Virus record (IMG/VR): IMGVR_UViG_2802429318_000001
Location: 12,530 to 76,529 of that record
Origin: a virus
Lineage: Duplodnaviria; Caudoviricetes
Length of the DNA stretch: 64,000 nucleotides
Direction: 5' to 3' (one strand)
Each line of letters begins with the position of its first letter. The stretch's first letter is position 1. Positions 57,830 through 64,000 of the stretch are shown here, one piece after another. The position numbers and the translations under genes were made by a program. The notes beneath the pieces were generated by a model that saw only the letters and a program-made list of their open reading frames with translations, made no database searches and was not told the DNA's origin.

Positions 57830-58687
57830 ATGACGACAGCGAATCCCGACTGGCGGCGCCTCGTCGACCACGTCCAGACCATCCCCGAGAAGATCTACGA
57901 GACCTGGAACACCCGCGACGGCTGGGACAACCACACCCCGTTCGGCGTCGAATACGGCTGGGACGGCGTCGCCTGGTGCATGGAATTCGACTGGTGCATG
58001 TTCCACGACGTCGGCCTCGACGCCATCGTGCCGAAGACGGCATCCGTCGCCGTCATGACGGACTACGCCAAGAAGCACGGCGCCTGGAGCGAATACCCCT
58101 CGATCGGCGCCCTGGTCAATTTCTCGCAGTCCGGGCACACCGAGATCTGCGTCGGCTTCGACAAGGACACCGTCTACACCAAGGGCGGCAACAGCCTCCA
58201 GGTCGGCGCCGAGGACCACGGCCAAGGCAACGGAGTCTGGAGCCACGCGACGCCCCGCCGCGCGGCGAAGGTGGTCGGATACTTCGCGCCCGCGTTCCCG
58301 GACGGTGTCTGTCCGCCCACCGCGGATCCTGCCGACCCGCGTGGCGGGAAGCCCGTCGAGTCCTGGCGCTGGGCGCCGCCTCCAGTCGTCGAGCCGCCCA
58401 AGAAGCCCGCGCCGGCCCCGGTCCTTCCGGCGTTCCCTGGCCGGGACAAGTTCGTCCTCGGTGCCCACAACGACCACGCGTTCCAGTTGCAGAAGTGGCT
58501 CGACAAGGGCGACTGGGGCCCGAAGTACCAGGTCGGGCCGTCTCGGACGATGACCGCCGTCGACCTGCAGAAGGTGGCGGCGCTCCAACGGCACTACCTG
58601 TCGGAGCTCGGCCCGGCCGACGGCAAGTGCGGCCCCCTCACCTGGCGTTACGCGTTCGAGGTCGCCCACGGCCTCCGCAAGAAGTAG
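57830..58687 (+). CDS. endolysin (CHAP-like plus peptidoglycan-binding domain)
   Basis: VAWCMEF, GHTEI, TKGGNS; ADGKCGPLTW. Confidence 0.85.
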   Translation: MTTANPDWRRLVDHVQTIPEKIYETWNTRDGWDNHTPFGVEYGWDGVAWCMEFDWCMFHDVGLDAIVPKTASVAVMTDYAKKHGAWSEYPSIGALVNFSQSGHTEICVGFDKDTVYTKGGNSLQVGAEDHGQGNGVWSHATPRRAAKVVGYFAPAFPDGVCPPTADPADPRGGKPVESWRWAPPPVVEPPKKPAPAPVLPAFPGRDKFVLGAHNDHAFQLQKWLDKGDWGPKYQVGPSRTMTAVDLQKVAALQRHYLSELGPADGKCGPLTWRYAFEVAHGLRKK

Positions 58688-58719
58688 CCCACACCCCCAC
58701 CCCCAGAATCGAGACCACC

Positions 58720-59091
58720 ATGCGGATCTTCGGAAGAGAACCCATCTACTTCCTGGCGCTCATCGCCGTGACGCTGAAGCTCGTCGCCGCCTACGGTGCG
58801 GGCGTCTCCGTGGAGGAGCAAGGCGCCATCATGGCCGTCCTCTCCCTCATCGTCGCCGTCGTCAACGCGATCGTCCTCAAGACCGGCGCCGTCGCCGCCG
58901 CCATCGTGAACTTGGCACAGGGCGTGCTCAGCCTGTTCCTCGCCTTCGGCCTGCACATGGCCGCCCATACACAGGCCCTGTGGATGCTCGCCGTCGAGTC
59001 CGCCGTCGCCCTCCTCATCCACAACCAAGTCACCGCCCCCGTGCCGCCGCTGCCGGTCGAACAGCGCAGCCCCCTCGACCGGGCGGCCTGA
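58720..59091 (+). CDS. holin
   Basis: MRIFGREP, multi-TM, directly after endolysin. Confidence 0.8.
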   Translation: MRIFGREPIYFLALIAVTLKLVAAYGAGVSVEEQGAIMAVLSLIVAVVNAIVLKTGAVAAAIVNLAQGVLSLFLAFGLHMAAHTQALWMLAVESAVALLIHNQVTAPVPPLPVEQRSPLDRAA

Positions 59092-59615
59092 TGGTCAGCC
59101 TGGCGCGGTGCGCGTCGCGCCGGCTGGGCTACCGGGGCGCCGCACTCCTCATCTGCGGCGCGGGCTGGATCAACTGGGGCCTCAGCCTCACGATGGACCC
59201 GCGCTACGGCACAGCCCGCGGAGCATCGGCGCTGACCGCCATCCCCGGCGCGTCGATGACCGTCTGGGGGTGGATCTGGATCACCTCCGGTGTGGTGTGC
59301 TGCGCCGCGGCCGTGTTCCCCGCACGCAGGGACTGGTGGGGGTGGGCTGCCGCAGTCGGGATGCCCGTGGTGTGGGCCGCCGCCTACACCTCGGCCCGGG
59401 CGCTCGGCCAGTTCCCCCAGGGGCTGTCATCGGGGCTGACCTGGCTGGTGTCACCGGGCCTGGCAACCGTCGTGGCCGTGTCGACGCGCCGGCTGGTGTA
59501 CCAGCGACGGGAGTGCAAGGGGCTGATCTGGGAGAACAGCGAGCTGCGGCGGGAGGTGGCCAGCCTGCGGCGTGCCGTCGACCCGCCCGAACGAGGGGCA
59601 GGCATCCATGAGTAG
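59091..59615 (+). CDS. lysis-module membrane protein
   Basis: 4 TM plus coiled coil. Confidence 0.7.
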   Translation: MVSLARCASRRLGYRGAALLICGAGWINWGLSLTMDPRYGTARGASALTAIPGASMTVWGWIWITSGVVCCAAAVFPARRDWWGWAAAVGMPVVWAAAYTSARALGQFPQGLSSGLTWLVSPGLATVVAVSTRRLVYQRRECKGLIWENSELRREVASLRRAVDPPERGAGIHE

Positions 59616-59976
59616 CGGCACGTTGTCGGGGCTGGCCTCTCTGATCATCGGTGGTCTGGTGTCGATCGCCGTGGCATGGATCTCCAGGCCGAAGGCACCG
59701 CCCGGGCCGCCGGTACAGGAGCGGGTTCAGGACCGAGCGTTGGAGGGCGCAGATCTGACGACGGTCCCGGGCCTGGCTGCTGTGCTGGTGGAGCAGCACA
59801 CGCGGATCTCGGAGCTCGAGGACCGCGAGGAACAGGCGCGCGAGCACGCGTCGATGCAGGACCGGGTGATCGCAGCGCTGCGCCGGTATGTGCTGGTGTT
59901 GCAGGAGACGGTACGGCGAGCCGGGACGGAGGTTCCGGAGCCGGCCGACGAGGACGCCCGACTGATTCAAGGCTGA
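59608..59976 (+). CDS. TM plus coiled-coil lysis-module protein
   Basis: N-terminal TM; ALRRYVLVL...EVPEP. Confidence 0.7.
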   Translation: MSSGTLSGLASLIIGGLVSIAVAWISRPKAPPGPPVQERVQDRALEGADLTTVPGLAAVLVEQHTRISELEDREEQAREHASMQDRVIAALRRYVLVLQETVRRAGTEVPEPADEDARLIQG

Positions 59977-59979
59977 TCC

Positions 59980-60013
59980 GGCCCCCGCTGCCCATGGGCA
60001 GCGGGGGCCATTT
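59980..60013 (+). terminator. late operon terminator
   Basis: GGCCCCCGCTGCCC-AT-GGGCAGCGGGGGCC then ATTT. Confidence 0.75.
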
Positions 60014-60185
60014 CGTGCGTTACCTCATCAGAGTTTCTTCCGTTCTAACCCCTGACTGGCGCCCGTGCAGCCGCTACCGTTCCTGCATTCGGACCAGGGC
60101 TGAGGGGCACAGATAGCGTGTGGGATGCTCGCATGGCTGGTAGGGGCTTCAATTTGACGTATGAGCGCTCGAAAGGGGGTGAATC

Positions 60186-60800
60186 ATGAGCTTCCCGGTT
60201 GATCTCACAGCAGCACTTACAGGCGCATCCGTAGCGCAGCTGCACAACTGGAGACGAACAGATCTCCTCGTACCAGAGGTACAGGACAATCCCGTCCGGT
60301 ACTCCTTCCGAGACGTCGTCGCACTCAGGACCTTCGTGTACCTGCGCAGCAAGCTGCCACTCCAGCGCATCCGCAAGGCCATGGACCAGCTGCGCAAGTG
60401 GGACCTGACCGAGCACCCCGCCGCCTACGTCCTGGTTACAGAAGGCGACTCCGTCTTCCTCGTGCAGGAAGAGCGCACCGTTGACCTCGTCCGCCACCCC
60501 GGCCAGGAAACGATCTTCAGCCTCGCCAACGTCTTTGCCCCCTTCGAGAACATGCAGGGCCGGAACGTCGCAGACTTCCGACGCCCCCGCCCCAACCTCG
60601 AGGTTAAGGAAAACCGACTCGGCGGCTGGCCAACCATCCAGGGAACGCGCGTGCCCTACGATGCCGTGGCCAAGCTGGTCGCAGGCGGCGTGGAACCGGC
60701 AGAGGTGAAGCGCTTCTACCCCAGCGTCGAGGTACCTGGCGCCGCTGATGCCGCCGACTTCCATCGGGAAGTCGTGCAGATCGGAGGCCGCGCTGCATGA
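60186..60800 (+). CDS. MerR-HTH plus DUF433 antitoxin (VapB45-like)
   Basis: YSFRDVVALR; RLGGWPTIQGTRVP. Confidence 0.85.
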   Translation: MSFPVDLTAALTGASVAQLHNWRRTDLLVPEVQDNPVRYSFRDVVALRTFVYLRSKLPLQRIRKAMDQLRKWDLTEHPAAYVLVTEGDSVFLVQEERTVDLVRHPGQETIFSLANVFAPFENMQGRNVADFRRPRPNLEVKENRLGGWPTIQGTRVPYDAVAKLVAGGVEPAEVKRFYPSVEVPGAADAADFHREVVQIGGRAA

Positions 60801-61216
60801 GGTTCTTCCTGGACGAGAACGAGACGCCGGCCATCCTCCCGCCGCTGAGAGCAGTGTTCTTCCATCACGAATTCGTGACCGCCCTCGACGAGGGCCTGTC
60901 AGGAGTCCTGGACAGAGAACTGATCCAAGAGGTCAGCGCACGCGGCTTCGACGCGATCATGACCCAGGACCGCAACCAGCTCTCCATCAGGGAAGAGCGG
61001 GACGCGCTGATAGAGACCGGGCTCCACTGGATCGGTCATCGCCAGCCCGATGCCGATGGCCTGCTCTACATCGTCAACTCGACCGCGGCCTACCTGGCAG
61101 CCATGCCCCATGTTCTGGAAGAGATGAGCAGCGTCACGGGCGCCCACGCCTTTCACGTCCGCAACCTGCCCCTCCAGAAGGGGCAACGTGTCACGGTCAG
61201 TCGACTGAAGTTCTAG
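60797..61216 (+). CDS. PIN-domain toxin (VapC45-like)
   Basis: MRFFLDEN...GVLDRELI...IMTQD; ATGA overlap. Confidence 0.85.
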   Translation: MRFFLDENETPAILPPLRAVFFHHEFVTALDEGLSGVLDRELIQEVSARGFDAIMTQDRNQLSIREERDALIETGLHWIGHRQPDADGLLYIVNSTAAYLAAMPHVLEEMSSVTGAHAFHVRNLPLQKGQRVTVSRLKF

Positions 61217-61237
61217 TCCGGCCCCGACACGTACGAA

Positions 61238-61273
61238 GCCCCTGCCTTCCTCCGAGAAGGCAGGGGCCATTTT
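61238..61273. terminator. terminator between convergent genes
   Basis: GCCCCTGCCTTC...GAAGGCAGGGGC then CATTTT. Confidence 0.7.
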
Positions 61274-61288
61274 CGCGTGCGCAGAGGC

Positions 61289-61468
61289 TCAGGCGGCTTC
61301 GTGCACCTCGCCATGCACGGCGGCCGCCCAAGCGACGACCAACTGCTCATACTCGGCTCGCTGCTCGGTGTTCAGCGATCCGCCAGCACGTAGCCATAGG
61401 GCGCGGATCAGCTTGTTGAGCTCGGCGGCAGACCGCACGGAACCAGGGGCGGGGTCGGCTGGGGACAT
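61289..61468 (-). CDS. small hypothetical protein
   Basis: RSAAELNKLIRALW...RAEYEQLVVAWAAA; absent from ORF track. Confidence 0.65.
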   Translation of the reverse strand: MSPADPAPGSVRSAAELNKLIRALWLRAGGSLNTEQRAEYEQLVVAWAAAVHGEVHEAA

Positions 61469-61493
61469 GACCCCATTTTACGGGCCACCACTG

Positions 61494-62345
61494 TCAGCGA
61501 GGCCGGACCGCACGCTGGGCGCGCGTGATCACGGCCTGGGCATCCGCGCCGTAGACGGCGGACTCCCGAAGCGTCCGCCAGGTCCGCAGATACGTGGCCA
61601 CCGTGTCGGCATCGTCCAGCCACAACTCGGCATGCCAGTCCTCGGCGATGACGAGCCGCTCGTCTATGACCCAAAACCCGTTGGCCGCCGGGATCTTCAG
61701 CGACGCAGCCAGGGGAATGACGCCGAGCCGGACCGTGTCCATCCCGATCATCCCGCCCAACCGATCGAGCTGACTCGCAAGCACCGACGGCGAGCAGATC
61801 AGAGCGTGGAGCGCAGGCTCCCACATCAGGGCGTGGAACTCGCGGCCGCTCGTGTACAGCCACTCCTGGCGCCGCATCCGCGCGCGGACCGCCTCGTCGG
61901 TGTCCTGCTTCGTCCCGTACAGCTCGGCGTAGCGCAGAAACACGGCGCGCGCGTAGTCGGCGGTCTGGAGCATGCCAGGGATGACGGCCTCCTCCCACGC
62001 CAGGATGGTCCGGGCCCGGTCGACCTCGATGTTCCAGGCGTCCTGCACTGGCCGGTGGCCTGCCGCGAGTTGGCGGCGCCAGGACCGGATGTGCGACTCG
62101 AAGCCCTTGAGGCGGGCGTCGAGTTCATCGAACGTCTCGGGCTCGCCGACGGCATCGGCCCAGGCGCGGAGGTCGGCGCTGGTGGCGGTCTGCCGGCCGC
62201 CCTCCAGCTTGTAGACCTTGGAGTGCGGCCAGCCGAGACGCTGGGCGAGCTGGGGGCCGGTGAGCTTTCCTCCTGCGGCTGCGAACCGGAGCTCACGCAA
62301 TCGGGCTCCGAGGGCCTCGCGTGCCTGCTGGAAATCTGTGCTCAC
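61494..62345 (-). CDS. XRE HTH plus DUF5753 regulator
   Basis: LGARLRELR...SKVYKLEGG; IPGMLQTADYARA. Confidence 0.9.
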   Translation of the reverse strand: MSTDFQQAREALGARLRELRFAAAGGKLTGPQLAQRLGWPHSKVYKLEGGRQTATSADLRAWADAVGEPETFDELDARLKGFESHIRSWRRQLAAGHRPVQDAWNIEVDRARTILAWEEAVIPGMLQTADYARAVFLRYAELYGTKQDTDEAVRARMRRQEWLYTSGREFHALMWEPALHALICSPSVLASQLDRLGGMIGMDTVRLGVIPLAASLKIPAANGFWVIDERLVIAEDWHAELWLDDADTVATYLRTWRTLRESAVYGADAQAVITRAQRAVRPR

Positions 62346-62358
62346 CGACCCTCCGTCG

Positions 62359-63111
62359 CTATCGAGACTTGCGCAGCTGCGCGGCGAACTCTTCGCAGCC
62401 CAGGGCGTCGTGGCTCGCGACGTCGCGGAGCTGGCAGTACCGGAGCACCTCGGCGGGCTCGGTGATGATCTCGACGTCGTGGAAGACGTCCTGGTCGTCG
62501 AAGTTCAGCCGGGCGACCATGCGACTGTCGAAGATCCAGAAGTCCTCGAGGGGGAGCAGCCGTGCGTCGGCTTCGCTCCGGGGGAGGCACCGGATGTCCT
62601 CGCCGGCCGCGATGCCGCGGGGCGAGTCGGCGAGGAGGAACAGCTGGCCCTCGGTCGGCGGCTCGTCGACGATCCGGACCCGGCCGACCGTCTTTCCGGC
62701 GAGCACCTGCGCGCGGATGTTCCGGGACCACTCGTCGTCGTAGTCCAGGGTGATGGCGCCCGTCTCGACGAACTCGGCGTAGGTCTCGTCCTCGCGGTCG
62801 GAGGCGTAGCCGCGGCGCGTCTCCAGCCGCCAGGCGGTGTGCTCGAACGTCTCGAAGAGCCGGCCGAACTCCTCCAGGTCGATGATCTTCGGCACGCGGT
62901 GCAGCTCCTTAGGGGCGTGGTTGACGAGGAGCTCGCGCGGTACTACCACGGCCGCGTCGTCCGGGCCGAGGTGCCGGAGCCGCGCGAGGTCCGCGGGGTC
63001 GGTGAGCGGCGGTCCCTGGACGATCACGTCGCCGGTGTCCGTGTCGGTGTGCAGGGCGGGGCATCCGCCGTTCTTGCTGTCCGTTCCAGTGAAGATGAGC
63101 CGTCGCGCCAC
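62359..63111 (-). CDS. DUF6879 family protein
   Basis: FEHTAWRLETRRGY, RVRIVDEPPT, DFWIFDS. Confidence 0.85.
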   Translation of the reverse strand: MARRLIFTGTDSKNGGCPALHTDTDTGDVIVQGPPLTDPADLARLRHLGPDDAAVVVPRELLVNHAPKELHRVPKIIDLEEFGRLFETFEHTAWRLETRRGYASDREDETYAEFVETGAITLDYDDEWSRNIRAQVLAGKTVGRVRIVDEPPTEGQLFLLADSPRGIAAGEDIRCLPRSEADARLLPLEDFWIFDSRMVARLNFDDQDVFHDVEIITEPAEVLRYCQLRDVASHDALGCEEFAAQLRKSR

Positions 63112-63202
63112 GGTGTCCTCCTTGTACGGGGGTTGTCGCCACCAGCATCACCAGCGGATGGGCTCCGCTCTACAGCCTGCCGCGCCCGCCGTGAGACCAC
63201 AC

Positions 63203-63241
63203 GAGAACATCCGGCCAAGCTGGGAGAACATTCGAGAACAT
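63203..63241. promoter_or_regulatory. three GAGAACAT direct repeats
   Basis: At 63203, 63224 and 63234 in a divergent intergenic region. Confidence 0.6.
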
Positions 63242-63282
63242 CGCCTCGCCCACGTCAAGAGCAGCCGCCTACGGTCCTGGTC

Positions 63283-63495
63283 ATGGCCTCAGGACACGAG
63301 CTCCAAGACGTCGTCGGCGTCGACCCGTTCACTGCTATGGAGTCGCTCCGCGCGGCACTCGACCGCGCAGGCATCGTTCTGCCGTCCCTCGCGGTGGACC
63401 CGGCGACCCCCACTCTCGCGCTCGTCGACCTCGGCCGGGTTCGGGCCGACGTGGCCATGCGACTGGCCGACGCACTGCGAGGAGCAGCAGCATGA
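63283..63495 (+). CDS. hypothetical protein
   Basis: LRAALDRAGIVLPSL.VD...LVDLGRVRADVA. Confidence 0.75.
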   Translation: MASGHELQDVVGVDPFTAMESLRAALDRAGIVLPSLAVDPATPTLALVDLGRVRADVAMRLADALRGAAA

Positions 63496-63836
63496 CGACA
63501 ACCACCACAGACATTCCGTCGGCGGTCCTCGCAGCCTTAGCACTTCCCCCTCTGGCCGGGCTCGACGAGCCGCGCGCGAGCGGGCGGGCGTGCGTGTGGG
63601 AACGGGAGCGGCTGACCATCGAGACCGCGGTCGACCTCGGCGAGCAGCTGGCGCCGGCCGACTCGGCCAGCACCATCGGGCAGAGGTGGTTTCCCCGCTC
63701 CTGCCACAAGCACCTGGCGCAGCGCGCGCACGACGCGCTCTTCACGCACTCCCGGCAGTGCGACGACTGCAAGGTGCCTGACAAGTGCGACGTCGGCCGC
63801 TGGATGTACCGCCTGATGCGAGAGCACCGCCGATGA
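63492..63836 (+). CDS. Cys/His protein with an in-frame TTA codon
   Basis: GRACVW, WFPRSC, CDDC; TTA at 63537. Confidence 0.7.
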   Translation: MTTTTTDIPSAVLAALALPPLAGLDEPRASGRACVWERERLTIETAVDLGEQLAPADSASTIGQRWFPRSCHKHLAQRAHDALFTHSRQCDDCKVPDKCDVGRWMYRLMREHRR

Positions 63837-64000
63837 TCTGCGCATCTTGTGACCAGCCGATCAGCAAGGGCGAGGGCGTCACCAAGCCGATTGACGGGGC
63901 ATCTGGGCCCGGCGGCACGGTGACGGTCCACAGAGAACCGTGTCGCCGCGTGGACCAGCCGACAGTGCAGCAGGGGCGCGGCGTGCGCCGCCGCTGGTAG
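63833..64000 (+). CDS. small Zn-finger-like protein
   Basis: MICASCDQPI...GASGPG...VH..PC. Confidence 0.65.
   Translation: MICASCDQPISKGEGVTKPIDGASGPGGTVTVHREPCRRVDQPTVQQGRGVRRRW

Larger units (their letters stand above)
1..64000 (+). mobile_element. Temperate siphovirus/prophage of a Streptomyces-like host (incomplete; ends not visible)
   Basis: Ordered terminase-portal-protease-capsid-tail-tape measure-lysis genes, an early replication operon, WhiB and very high GC. Confidence 0.95.

Noticed and set aside
63203-63241. LexA SOS box
   Set aside because: GAACAT occurs only as direct repeats; the GTTC inverted half-site is missing
1-64000. Integrase, immunity repressor and att sites
   Set aside because: No recombinase motif or terminal direct repeat recognised; probably outside the window

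Overview
The whole window is a high-GC actinobacterial (very probably Streptomyces) temperate siphovirus, most likely a prophage. The left end is truncated and no integrase or att site is visible. Layout: (1) 1-15.5 kb, a rightward early/replication operon with two DNA methyltransferases, WhiB, DUF2303, a DnaB-N/RepA-type helicase containing an origin-like repeat cluster, DUF5131, SLOG, HAD and nucleotidyltransferase genes; (2) 15.7-29 kb, accessory DNA with a Fic moron and two divergent small-HTH/operator switches, one ahead of a plasmid-spread-like membrane operon full of TCCGGA palindromes and one ahead of a solo WYL gene followed by hairpin-delimited cassettes; (3) 29.3-56.5 kb, a late regulator, a fibre-like module placed before the terminase, then packaging, head (with a 2H-phosphoesterase-MuF fusion) and tail genes; (4) 56.6-60 kb, lysis; (5) 60-64 kb, a DUF433/PIN toxin-antitoxin pair and an XRE-DUF5753/DUF6879 module. 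All family calls come from motif recognition by eye, not from database searches.
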